NCBI GenBank assembly: GCA_964389905.1
Contig: CAYMGD010000007.1
Coordinates: 483 to 64,482 of the forward strand
Length of the DNA stretch: 64,000 bases
Reading direction: 5' to 3'
Origin: an uncultured Coprobacillus sp.
GTDB taxonomy: Bacteria > Bacillota_I > Bacilli_A > ML615J-28 > CAG-698
Below are positions 7,358 through 17,372 of the stretch, piece after piece. A model generated the notes under the pieces. That model ran no database searches. It worked only from the letters and a program-made list of their open reading frames with translations, and was not told where the DNA came from. The position numbers were made by a program, and so were the translations under genes. Positions within the stretch are counted from its first letter, which is position 1; every line of letters starts with the position of its first letter.

Positions 7358-9121
7358 TTAAATCACTTCGAATTGACTATTATATAATTCCGCATAAAAG
7401 CCATTTTGATTCATTAATTCATTATGGTTACCTTTTTCTATTACATCCCCATCACGCATTACTAAAATCAAATCTGCATTTTTGATTGTTGAGAGGCGAT
7501 GAGCAATAACAAAGCTTGTTCTTCCTTTCATTAATGTATCCATGGCATTTTGAATAATAACTTCGGTTCTTGTATCAACACTTGATGTTGCTTCATCAAG
7601 AATTAACATTGGCGAATTTTGAAGCATTGCTCGAGCAATAGTTAATAATTGTTTTTGCCCTGATGAGATTGATGTGCTTTCAGATAGTACTGTATCAAAT
7701 CCATGAGGAAGAGAATGAACAAATTTATCTAGGCCGCATAATTTACATACTCTTTCTAGTTCACTATCACTTATATCAGTCATATTATATACAAGATTTT
7801 CTCTAACTGTTCCTTCGAAAAGCCATGTATCTTGTAAAACCATAGCAAATATGTTATGAACATCTTCTCTCTTCATATCACTTATTGAAGTACCATCAAT
7901 GGTGATATTTCCGCTGTTTATTTCAAAGAACCTCATAAGAAGATTTACCATTGTTGTTTTACCTGCTCCTGTTGGACCAACAATTGCAACTTTTTGACCT
8001 GGTTTTATTTCAGCTGAAAAGTCTTTTATAATAACTTTATCTGGTGTATCAGGATAACTAAAACGAATATGCTCAAAGCATACACTTCCTTTGATTTCTT
8101 TTTCGCCACTTTCTTTATCGCTTTCATCACTTAACTCTTCTGCTTCAAGGAAATCAAAAATACGATGTGCTGAAGCTGAGGCTGTTTGTAAATTTGTTAA
8201 GCCTTGAGCAATTTGTGTTAATGGTGATGTAAACAAACGAACATAGAAGATAAATGCTACTATTACATCAAAACCTATTGTTCCTTGAATAGCAAAGATT
8301 GAACCAAACACACATACTGCTACATATGAAATATTTCCAATAACGCTCATTAAAGGTTGCATAATTCCAGATAAGAATTGTGATTTCCAGTTTGCATCAT
8401 AAACGTTCTTATTAAGTTTATCAAATGATTCTTTTGTCATTTGGTCAGCACGACTAATTTTTATAACTTCATGTCCTGAGTAGTTTTCTTCAATAAAACC
8501 ATTAAGTTCTCCTAAACTCCTTTGGCGAGCCGCAAAATGTCTTTGTGATTTACCCATTATAACTACAGTTAAAAGTAAGCCTACAATAGTTATTCCTAAT
8601 GATATTGAAGCTAATCGCCATTCTGTTACAAACATCATAATCAAACAACCGATAAATTGTGTTACAGCACTTATGATAGTTGGCAAACTATTAGTTAAGC
8701 CTTGTTGGAGAGTTGAAACATCATTTGTTATTCTACTTAAAATATCTCCTTGTGATGTTGTATTAAAGTATTTTTGAGGAACCAGATTAATCTTTCTTGA
8801 AAGTTCTGCTCTCATCTTATATGACATTTTAAGAGTTACCGTAGACATTATGTATTGTTCGATAAAACCAAATATCGCACTTAAACAATATAATATAAGA
8901 AGCATTATACCAATTTTTGATATAGCATCTATATCAATAGTTGTTAACAATCCATCAGAAATAATAGCTGCAATTTCACCCAGTTTATCAGGTCCTATAA
9001 TAGTAATTACTGAACTTAAGGCAGCAAGTATTAGAGCTATAATAACAAATACAATACTAGATTTTATATAATTAGAACTTCTTTTAATTGCTGAAGATAA
9101 ACTTTTCTTATTTTTTGCCAT
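7358..9121 (-). CDS. ABC exporter, fused permease/ATPase (type I, heterodimer partner)
   Basis: Six-TM N-terminal half, Walker A GPTGAGKTT, signature SSGQKQ, Walker B LILDEATS. Confidence 0.9.
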   Translation of the reverse strand: MAKNKKSLSSAIKRSSNYIKSSIVFVIIALILAALSSVITIIGPDKLGEIAAIISDGLLTTIDIDAISKIGIMLLILYCLSAIFGFIEQYIMSTVTLKMSYKMRAELSRKINLVPQKYFNTTSQGDILSRITNDVSTLQQGLTNSLPTIISAVTQFIGCLIMMFVTEWRLASISLGITIVGLLLTVVIMGKSQRHFAARQRSLGELNGFIEENYSGHEVIKISRADQMTKESFDKLNKNVYDANWKSQFLSGIMQPLMSVIGNISYVAVCVFGSIFAIQGTIGFDVIVAFIFYVRLFTSPLTQIAQGLTNLQTASASAHRIFDFLEAEELSDESDKESGEKEIKGSVCFEHIRFSYPDTPDKVIIKDFSAEIKPGQKVAIVGPTGAGKTTMVNLLMRFFEINSGNITIDGTSISDMKREDVHNIFAMVLQDTWLFEGTVRENLVYNMTDISDSELERVCKLCGLDKFVHSLPHGFDTVLSESTSISSGQKQLLTIARAMLQNSPMLILDEATSSVDTRTEVIIQNAMDTLMKGRTSFVIAHRLSTIKNADLILVMRDGDVIEKGNHNELMNQNGFYAELYNSQFEVI

Positions 9122-10887
9122 TATTCCCCTCCTTTTGATAACTCATTTTCACTTAATTGTGATTTAGCTATCTCTTGATATACAGTACAATTTTTAATTA
9201 ATTCTTGATGCTTTCCAATGCCTACTATTTCGCCTTTTTCGAGTACAATAATCTTATCAGCATTACGAATTGTACCAATTCTTTGAGCAACAATTATTTT
9301 TGTTGTATCATTATATTTTTCTAAAAGTTTTTCACGCAAAAGAGCATCAGTACGAAAATCTAAAGCTGAAAACGAATCATCAAAAATAAGAATTTCTGGG
9401 TTTCTAGCTAAAGCTCTAGCAATTGAAAGTCTTTGTTTTTGGCCACCTGACACATTACGACCAAGTTGAGCTATATGGTAATCTGATTTTTCTTTTTTCT
9501 TCTCAACAAATTCTTTTGATTGTGATACTTCTAATGCCTTTTCTAGATCTTCATCTGTAAAGTTTTCTTTAGCGTTTCCAAAGAATATGTTATCCTTGAT
9601 TGTTCCTGAAAAGAGCACTGCTTTTTGGGTAATATATCCTAGCTTATTATATAAAGCTGAGAATTTATAATCTTTAACATTAACTCCATCGACAAGAACA
9701 CTTCCTTCTGTTACATCATATAAACGAGGAATTAAGCTTATTAAAGTGGTTTTTCCGCTTCCTGTTGCCCCAATTATAGCTAATGTTTCTCCTTTATTAA
9801 TTTTAAAATTAATATTTGATAATTCACGTTCACTAGAACCAGCATATTTAAAACTAACATTTCTAAATTCAACGCTTCCTTCTTCTAATCCTTCTTCGAC
9901 GCTTCCTTCTTCGATTTCAGCTTTTTTGCTTAAAACTTCATTTATACGCTCCGCAGAAACTTGTGCTTGAGGAGCCATCATAAATATCATAACTAACATC
10001 ATAAAAGACATTACAATGTAAGTTGCATAAGTACTAAAAGCTAATATCTCACTAAACATTGCTACTCGTTCGGCAGCATTTATTACCGATATATTATTAA
10101 CTAATGCTGCTCCAACCCAATATATAGCTAGAGATAATCCACTCATTCCCAAACTCATAGTTGGACTTATTAAAGCAAACATTCTTTGATTTTTAATTTG
10201 TAAGTTAAACATTTCTTTGCTAGGCTTGTCAAATTTATCATTTTGATATTCTTCAGCATTAAAAGCATGAACAACATTTATTCCTGTTAAGTTTTCACGG
10301 GCTACACGATTAATTTTATCTGTCATCTTTTGGACTTTTCTAAACCTTGGAATACAAATACTCATAACAATGAATACTATAGAACAAATTGCAACAACAA
10401 AAATTGCTGTAACGATTGACAACTGCCAGCTTTTGCCTAGGATTTTAATAATTGCCCAAATAGCCATTATTGGTGCTTTAATAAACATCTGTAATCCCAT
10501 CGAAACTAACATTTGTACTTGCGTAATATCATTAGTTGTTCTTGTAATCAAGCTAGGAATAGAAAATTCCTGCATTTCTTCTTTACCTAAATCAATTACA
10601 TGATAGAATAATTTTTTTCTAACTGTGTAACTAAAACCAGAAGCTGTTTTTGCTGCCAAGAAACCACATATAACTGCTAACACACCACTTGTTAAGGCGC
10701 AAGCAATCATTTTCAAACCAACTTCAACAATCGCATCAGTTGTCCCTGATGTTTTTATTAGTTTGGTTAATTCAGTCATATAATCAGGCAATAATAAATC
10801 AAAATATACTTGACCAATTATCAGTACGCAGCATATAATTGTCATTATAATTTCTTTTTTTTGTAAATTCTTTAATAGTTTTACCAT
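9121..10887 (-). CDS. ABC exporter, fused permease/ATPase (heterodimer partner)
   Basis: TM domain, Walker A GATGSGKTT, signature SGGQKQR, Walker B LIFDDSFS. Its stop codon overlaps the start codon of the downstream partner by one nucleotide. Confidence 0.9.
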   Translation of the reverse strand: MVKLLKNLQKKEIIMTIICCVLIIGQVYFDLLLPDYMTELTKLIKTSGTTDAIVEVGLKMIACALTSGVLAVICGFLAAKTASGFSYTVRKKLFYHVIDLGKEEMQEFSIPSLITRTTNDITQVQMLVSMGLQMFIKAPIMAIWAIIKILGKSWQLSIVTAIFVVAICSIVFIVMSICIPRFRKVQKMTDKINRVARENLTGINVVHAFNAEEYQNDKFDKPSKEMFNLQIKNQRMFALISPTMSLGMSGLSLAIYWVGAALVNNISVINAAERVAMFSEILAFSTYATYIVMSFMMLVMIFMMAPQAQVSAERINEVLSKKAEIEEGSVEEGLEEGSVEFRNVSFKYAGSSERELSNINFKINKGETLAIIGATGSGKTTLISLIPRLYDVTEGSVLVDGVNVKDYKFSALYNKLGYITQKAVLFSGTIKDNIFFGNAKENFTDEDLEKALEVSQSKEFVEKKKEKSDYHIAQLGRNVSGGQKQRLSIARALARNPEILIFDDSFSALDFRTDALLREKLLEKYNDTTKIIVAQRIGTIRNADKIIVLEKGEIVGIGKHQELIKNCTVYQEIAKSQLSENELSKGGE

Positions 10888-10904
10888 TAATTAACCTCCT
10901 CGTA

Positions 10905-11357
10905 TTAATAATTATTATTCCAAACATCATCGATATTTTTCTTAAGCATTACAAATACCCGTTGTAGTGCTCCTACATCTTCAGTACTAATACCTTCTAA
11001 TAATCTTTCTGAGAAATCTGTTTGAATAACTTTTCCCTGCTCAACAATTGGTTCAGCAACATTAGTTAGTTCAAGCACTACTTTTCTTCTATCATTAGGA
11101 TCATCTAATCGTTTCAAATATCCATCTTTTACAAGTCTATCAATATGTACTGACACAATTCCAGCCTTTAAACCTCTAAATTTGCATATATCTTTAGCTG
11201 TTGCGTTAACAGGATTATTTGCAATAAACAAAAGAATATCAACTGCCAAAGGTGGTAAATCATAGTTTCGACATATTGGTTGTAATAAAAAGTGATATGA
11301 TTCGATTAGTTTACTAGCATTCTCAAATACTTCTGACATTTTGAAATTTTTATTCAT
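10905..11357 (-). CDS. MarR-family transcriptional regulator
   Basis: 150 aa with winged-HTH wording (DRLVKDGYLKRLDDPNDRRKVVLELT). Sits upstream of the two ABC exporter genes. Confidence 0.85.
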   Translation of the reverse strand: MNKNFKMSEVFENASKLIESYHFLLQPICRNYDLPPLAVDILLFIANNPVNATAKDICKFRGLKAGIVSVHIDRLVKDGYLKRLDDPNDRRKVVLELTNVAEPIVEQGKVIQTDFSERLLEGISTEDVGALQRVFVMLKKNIDDVWNNNY

Positions 11358-11378
11358 ATATTTCTTCCCCTTTTTATT

Positions 11379-11414
11379 AATATTAGATATTCTAATATTA
11401 GAATATCTAATATT
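11379..11414. promoter_or_regulatory. Perfect 36-bp palindrome, probable MarR operator
   Basis: AATATTAGATATTCTAAT|ATTAGAATATCTAATATT is exactly self-complementary. Lies between a -10 TATAAT (11423-11428, with -35 TTGCTT at 11446-11451 on the minus strand) and the marR start. Confidence 0.6.
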
Positions 11415-11720
11415 GCTACAATATTATATACTTATTAATATAATAAAGCAAGTATTATTTTTAAAACTATATACACACACAAACAAAAATGTCATAAATT
11501 TCTTGATATTTTTATTATTTATATTTTTGTTATATTCATACATTTTTATTATTTGTTAACAAAAGAGTTGGTTTTTAAATACGCATCTAAATATGAAGTT
11601 TTTCATTTACAAAACTGTAGTAAATCAAGAAAAATTTGTTAATTTTTATTAAAAAGAAAAGAAAAACGTGTTATTATTCATTGAAAAAAAGTGTTATACT
11701 ATTTTTATCAATTAAATAGG

Positions 11721-13025
11721 ATGGTGATATTCTTGAAACGAAATGCAATTTATGAACTTAATAAATGGAAAAATGATCCTGAACGCAAACCTATTGTACT
11801 TAGAGGTGCAAGGCAAGTCGGCAAAACTTGGTTAATGAAAGAATTTGGAAAAAACTATTATGAAGACTTTGTTTACTTTAACTTTGATGAAGATGATGAA
11901 CTTAAGTCAATATTTGAAATAAATAAAAATCCACATCGCATTATTGATTTACTTTCTATGATTAGTAATAAGAAAATTGAACCCGAAAGAACATTAATCA
12001 TTTTTGATGAAATTCAAGAATGTCCTGATGCTTTAAATACTCTTAAGTACTTTAAAGAAAAAGCTAATGAATATCATGTTATTGCTGCAGGAAGCCTTCT
12101 TGGCACACTTCGTGCAAAACCAAAATCATATCCTGTGGGAATGGTAAATCTTTTAGATATTAATCCTTTAACTTTTAGCGAATTTTTAGAAGCTACAGAT
12201 GTAAATCTATATACTTATTATGAAAGTATAAAAAAAGACCAACAAATTGAGGAAATTTTTCATAATCGTTTATTAGAAGCATACAATTATTATCTTATTA
12301 TTGGAGGTATGCCTGAATGTGTTTCATCATGGATCAAATACAAAGATCCTCTTAAAGTATCACAAATTCAAAAAGAACTTATTGAACTTTATGAGAATGA
12401 TTTTTCCAAACACAATGGAAAAATTAATAGTGGCCGCATTCTTATGGTATTTCGTAGTATTGTTTCTCAACTAGCTAAATCTAATGAGAAGTTTATGTAT
12501 GGAGCTGTACGTGAAGGCGGAAGAGCAAGAGATTTTGAAGAAGCAATTGAGTGGCTTGTTTCGGCAGGAATACTAAATCGTATTTATAATGTATCAAAGA
12601 TGGAGCATCCATTATCAGCCTTCGATAAACTTAATCAATTTAAACTTTTTGTATTCGATACAGGTCTTCTTAAACATATGGCTGGTATTGACAATAGTGC
12701 AATACTTTTAAAAAAAGACTTTCAGTTTAAAGGCCCCCTTACTGAAAATTATGTTCTCCAACAACTTCGCGGACAATTTGCTGTTGAACCAAGATATTAT
12801 TCAGACAAAGGAAATGAAATTGATTTTATAGTACAATATGGTATGGAAATAATTCCGATTGAAACAAAAGGTGGTGAAAATAAATCCGCTCCATCTTTTA
12901 AGAAATATATTACTGAACATAAACCAAAATATGCTTTTCGTTTTTCTAAGCGTGGTTATCGCAAAGATGGTAGTTTTACAAATCTTCCCCTTTATTTAGT
13001 TCAAAAAATGAAAGAATTATTATGA
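11721..13025 (+). CDS. AAA_14 + DUF4143 family ATPase
   Basis: Walker A GARQVGKTW, Walker B IIFDEIQ, C-terminal DUF4143-like region (NEIDFIV...IPIETKGG). The start is ambiguous: ATG 11721, or TTG 11733 after AGGATGGTGA. Confidence 0.8.
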   Translation: MVIFLKRNAIYELNKWKNDPERKPIVLRGARQVGKTWLMKEFGKNYYEDFVYFNFDEDDELKSIFEINKNPHRIIDLLSMISNKKIEPERTLIIFDEIQECPDALNTLKYFKEKANEYHVIAAGSLLGTLRAKPKSYPVGMVNLLDINPLTFSEFLEATDVNLYTYYESIKKDQQIEEIFHNRLLEAYNYYLIIGGMPECVSSWIKYKDPLKVSQIQKELIELYENDFSKHNGKINSGRILMVFRSIVSQLAKSNEKFMYGAVREGGRARDFEEAIEWLVSAGILNRIYNVSKMEHPLSAFDKLNQFKLFVFDTGLLKHMAGIDNSAILLKKDFQFKGPLTENYVLQQLRGQFAVEPRYYSDKGNEIDFIVQYGMEIIPIETKGGENKSAPSFKKYITEHKPKYAFRFSKRGYRKDGSFTNLPLYLVQKMKELL

Positions 13026-13036
13026 TTATAAACTTT

Positions 13037-13062
13037 AAAACGACTCAACAGAGCCGTTTTTT
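13037..13062. terminator. Bidirectional hairpin between convergent genes
   Basis: AAAACGACTC-aaca-GAGCCGTTTT, with one mismatch and A/T runs on both sides. Confidence 0.5.
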
Positions 13063-14254
13063 ATAAATACATTCTTTTTAAAAGTTCCTTAAATATTTTA
13101 AAAATACTTGCTTCAGTTACATCTTCATCAGTTATTAATTCTACTTTATTATAATATTTTCCATCGACATATATTTCCATTTCTCCATATACTCTATTTT
13201 TAATATTATCATAAACTTTAATTTCTTTTGTTACTTCACTGATTTTATTACCTTTTTTGGTAAAATAATTAATATCTTGAGAAACTACTACATTAAAATT
13301 ATTAGGTGAATATTTGATATCGCTTATTTCATCAACTATTTCTCCTTCCGAAACAATATTTGTCATTTCATAAGTAGAAGCACCATAATTTAACATTGTC
13401 ATAATTTCACTATTTCTTTTCCCAGCAGATTCAGCTCCCATTACCACTGCCACAAATCTGATACCATTCTTTTTAGAAGTTGCAGTGAGGCAGTATCCAC
13501 TTTCACTAGTCCAACCAGTTTTTAATCCATCAACTTCTTCATAAAAGCGTACCAGTTTATTTGTATTAACTAACCAAAACTCTTTATCAGTTCCTTTTCT
13601 TAAATAATCTTCATATATGTTTGTATATTGCAATATTAAAGGATAATTTGTAACTAAATATGAACTCATAATAGCCATATCATAAGCACAAGAATAGTGA
13701 TTTTTAGCTGGTAAACCATTAGGATTAACAAAATTAGAATTTAAACAATTTAATTCACGAGCTTTATCATTCATCATTTGTACAAACTTTTCAACGCTTC
13801 CGCCAATTGCCTCAGCAAACACCACTGCTGCATCGTTTGCACTAGTAATTGCTAGCCCCTTTAGAAGGTCTTCAACACTCATCTCTTCGCCTGTTTCTAA
13901 GTAAATAGTCGTTCCGCCCATCTTCGAAGCATTTTCACTTGCTTTAAGTTTATCTTCTAATTTTAGTTTACCACTTTCAATAGCTTCCATTATTAAAATC
14001 ATTGTCATTACCTTGGTCATACTAGCTGGTGCTCTTGCTTCAGTACTACTTTTTTCATAAATTATGCTATTTGTACTTGCTTCAATTAAAATTGCACTAG
14101 GAGAGGATAAATTAAACTCTACATCATCGATTAATTCACTTTTTTCAATTACTCTAACTCCAGTCTCAATTGTTCCTTCATATCTACTTGCTTTAGTATT
14201 TGTTATTGCTAGTAAGCATATCATCATTAAAACTATAATATATATTTTTTTCAC
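13061..14254 (-). CDS. D-alanyl-D-alanine carboxypeptidase (PBP5-type, S11)
   Basis: Signal peptide plus SxxK (SMTK), SxN (SAND) and KTG (KTGWT) motifs. Confidence 0.88.
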   Translation of the reverse strand: MKKIYIIVLMMICLLAITNTKASRYEGTIETGVRVIEKSELIDDVEFNLSSPSAILIEASTNSIIYEKSSTEARAPASMTKVMTMILIMEAIESGKLKLEDKLKASENASKMGGTTIYLETGEEMSVEDLLKGLAITSANDAAVVFAEAIGGSVEKFVQMMNDKARELNCLNSNFVNPNGLPAKNHYSCAYDMAIMSSYLVTNYPLILQYTNIYEDYLRKGTDKEFWLVNTNKLVRFYEEVDGLKTGWTSESGYCLTATSKKNGIRFVAVVMGAESAGKRNSEIMTMLNYGASTYEMTNIVSEGEIVDEISDIKYSPNNFNVVVSQDINYFTKKGNKISEVTKEIKVYDNIKNRVYGEMEIYVDGKYYNKVELITDEDVTEASIFKIFKELLKRMYL

Positions 14255-14353
14255 TTTTTATCACCACTTAATAATATTATCTTTATAAGTGATAAATTCT
14301 TTTTTTATGAAAAAAAGTTCAATTTATGCGATTTAAAGCACAAATCAAACTAA

Positions 14354-15535
14354 TTATTTAATTGAACTAATTCTATTCTTTAACTCTTTTTTTTGATTAT
14401 TTATATTTGTATTGATTTCTAATATTTTTTCTTTTGTTAGAGTATTTTCTAATATTTGTTTCAAATTATCTTGAGCACCACTGATGTAATTTTCTGCTTT
14501 TTCTTTAGCTTTTGTAAAATCGAAATCATAAGGAAAGTCTTTTTCAAGTTCTTCTAGTTTAGCATAAATAGTATCAATATTAATGATTATATTATTAACT
14601 TTTGCATAATTATTTTTTTCTTCATTTAGAAGATTGCTATATAATTGTTTTAAGGCATCCTCTTGAAGATTTAAAGCACTATATAATTCATTTGTATCTT
14701 TTTTAGATATTTGAGCACGTAAAACAAGAAATTCCACTTTACCTTTAAAATAGTTTTCTTTGGCATAAGCATAATTTGTATTAGCATCAAAAGACAAATT
14801 CTCTTCTGTCTTAAACTCACCAATAGCTTCTTCTAAATCATTTACTAGTTCTTGATATTTTCTTTTTAAATCAGCATACTCATCATCAATACTTTCAAAA
14901 AGAATATTTTTATATTTTGTTTTAAATTCATATTCCTTTAGTGATGCATAAAAATTTTCTAAGGCTAAAGAAGCAAACTGCGAGTTTTCTAAAACTGCTT
15001 CTTTAACGTTTAGCATAAGTTCTTTTGTATCCATTGTTTCAATGGTTTCCTTAGCAAGCCATGGTTTATTGCTTAATACTTTGGTAACTAAATAGTCTTT
15101 TTGAAGAGTATCTTTGATTACTGTTTTTGCATTAAGTTTTAAATTAGATATTGCATCTTGTATGCTTTCATTAATTTTCATTTCGATGATGTGTAAATCA
15201 TCTTTTGCCATAGATCCTGTAACACTTATTTCTATAGTTTGAGAAAACTCTTTTATTGAACCAGTCACAATATACCCTAAGTCTTTATATTGTTTAATAA
15301 TTTTAGGAAGAACATCTTCAAGCTTTTTCTCATTATATACTTCATCATAAAGAACCATTTTACCTTCATCATTTAATCCATTAATAGCTTTTATAGTATT
15401 GCTACTATCAATAACAATTTCTATTTTTGGTTCAAAATCTAATAGTACATAAGTAAACTCTTCTTCTTTTGCTTGGCATGAAATCATATTAACAAATAAA
15501 AAGCACAGACACAAGAAACTAACTAACTTTTTCAT
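14354..15535 (-). CDS. Lipoprotein, helical/coiled, unknown function
   Basis: Signal peptide with lipobox-like NMISC. Its start overlaps the GH13 gene end by 17 nt, so it is probably the last gene of the glycogen operon. Confidence 0.6.
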   Translation of the reverse strand: MKKLVSFLCLCFLFVNMISCQAKEEEFTYVLLDFEPKIEIVIDSSNTIKAINGLNDEGKMVLYDEVYNEKKLEDVLPKIIKQYKDLGYIVTGSIKEFSQTIEISVTGSMAKDDLHIIEMKINESIQDAISNLKLNAKTVIKDTLQKDYLVTKVLSNKPWLAKETIETMDTKELMLNVKEAVLENSQFASLALENFYASLKEYEFKTKYKNILFESIDDEYADLKRKYQELVNDLEEAIGEFKTEENLSFDANTNYAYAKENYFKGKVEFLVLRAQISKKDTNELYSALNLQEDALKQLYSNLLNEEKNNYAKVNNIIINIDTIYAKLEELEKDFPYDFDFTKAKEKAENYISGAQDNLKQILENTLTKEKILEINTNINNQKKELKNRISSIK

Positions 15536-17372
15536 AAGTTTTTCTCCTTTTAATTATTGTTCCTGTTTGAGGGTAAATAATAATATAGTTATTAATTTCA
15601 ATATCATCGATTAAATTGTATCCATAAGATATATTAAGTTGATATTCGTATTGACTATTGTTTACAATGGTGATTATTTCATAATCATCAGTTTTACGAG
15701 AAAAGGCAAATACGCCGTTATCATAAAACAATTCTTCATAAATCCCTTCAACGTATACTTTATCATTTCTGATTTTGCCAAGTTTTGCATACCAGTTAAT
15801 AATATCTTTATTTAAATTATCCCAAGGGATAGTTCTTCTACAGAAGGGATCTTTATAGCCCTCAAGTCCTGTTTCATCGCCATAATATATACAAGGCACC
15901 CCAGGAAGAGTATAAATAAGAATTGTTGCCATTTTGAGTTTACTTCGTGCGTTGTAATATTCTGCTTTATCTAAATGATAATTTGCTCTTTCCTCAAGCG
16001 ACAAGGTGTAATAATTTATATCAGAGAATTCCGTTAGTATTCGAGCAGTATCATGAGTAGATAGAATATTCATTAGAGAATCTAATACACACTTCGGATA
16101 ATTATTGATTAGATGGCGAATAGTATTTATTAAATGTAAACCATTCCCATTTTTCAAGTAGTCAATAATAGCATTCTTTAGTGGATAATTCATTACGGAG
16201 TCAAGTTCATTTCCCTGAAAGTAATGTTTACGAGTGTCATAGGCAACTTTATTTGAAGCATCTTCCCACACTTCACCGATAACAATATTTGTTTTGTCTT
16301 TTTCTTTAATGCTTTTCACAATATCGCATAGAAATGTTTCATTTAGTTCATCAACAACATCTAATCTAAAGCCTTTAATTCCCATATCTATCCATTTTTT
16401 TATAACCTTTTCAGTTATAAAGTTAGTAAAAGATGATTTTTGGTTAACTGCTGGTAATGTGTCAATACCCCACCAAGATTCGTACTTATTAGGATATTTA
16501 ATAAACTTATACCAATCATAATATTCTGATTTTTCTGACTGATAAGCTCCGATAGCATCAAAGGAAGAATATTTATTAAAGTATATGCTATCATCACCTG
16601 TATGATTGAAAACACCATCTAGTATCAAACTTATGTTATTTTCTTTTAACTTATGAATAAGATTTTTAAAATCATCTTCTGTTCCAAACATTGGATCAAT
16701 AGTTAAATAATCACTAGTGTTATATTTGTGATTAGATGGAGCTAGAAAAATAGGATTTAAATATATTACACTTACATTTAACTGTTTTAAGTAAGGTATT
16801 TTATCGATTATTCCTTGGAAATTACCACCAAAAAAATCATTATTGAGTATTTTACCATTTACTGGTAAATAGTTTGGTGTGTCTGACCAATTTGAATGTA
16901 ATATCTTGCCTTGATAATATTTTTCATCAAAATAATTACCTTTGTTAAATCTATCTACCATAATTTGGTACATTATTTTTCCTTTGTACCAACTTAAACA
17001 ATTAAAACTATTCTCATATACATTAATTTGATAACTATTAACATTTTCATTTGTTAAGTATATATCTAAATTATCTTTAGCGCCAAGAAAATGTTTACCG
17101 TAACAATCGTTAAATTCAAAATAATACCAGTATATATAAGGTTTACTAAAAGAAAGAGAAACAGAATAGATTTTATAATCATCATTCTGTTTTTCTTCAT
17201 TCATTTGTTTAATAACTTTATATTCGTTTTCATCAAAAATAACAATTTTTAAATCATAAATATTAAAATTTTTATTAATATATAGATTTATTTTTGCTTC
17301 TTGATTGACCTTTAACGCTCCCACAATGGATTTGTGAAGGGTTAAAGTAGGGTTATATAGAAAATCTTTCAT
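15519..17372 (-). CDS. GH13 alpha-amylase-family enzyme (neopullulanase / alpha-glycosidase-like)
   Basis: GH13 conserved regions: DGVFNH, GFRLDVVDE, GEVWED, LSTHDTAR. Confidence 0.85.
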   Translation of the reverse strand: MKDFLYNPTLTLHKSIVGALKVNQEAKINLYINKNFNIYDLKIVIFDENEYKVIKQMNEEKQNDDYKIYSVSLSFSKPYIYWYYFEFNDCYGKHFLGAKDNLDIYLTNENVNSYQINVYENSFNCLSWYKGKIMYQIMVDRFNKGNYFDEKYYQGKILHSNWSDTPNYLPVNGKILNNDFFGGNFQGIIDKIPYLKQLNVSVIYLNPIFLAPSNHKYNTSDYLTIDPMFGTEDDFKNLIHKLKENNISLILDGVFNHTGDDSIYFNKYSSFDAIGAYQSEKSEYYDWYKFIKYPNKYESWWGIDTLPAVNQKSSFTNFITEKVIKKWIDMGIKGFRLDVVDELNETFLCDIVKSIKEKDKTNIVIGEVWEDASNKVAYDTRKHYFQGNELDSVMNYPLKNAIIDYLKNGNGLHLINTIRHLINNYPKCVLDSLMNILSTHDTARILTEFSDINYYTLSLEERANYHLDKAEYYNARSKLKMATILIYTLPGVPCIYYGDETGLEGYKDPFCRRTIPWDNLNKDIINWYAKLGKIRNDKVYVEGIYEELFYDNGVFAFSRKTDDYEIITIVNNSQYEYQLNISYGYNLIDDIEINNYIIIYPQTGTIIKRRKTYEKVS

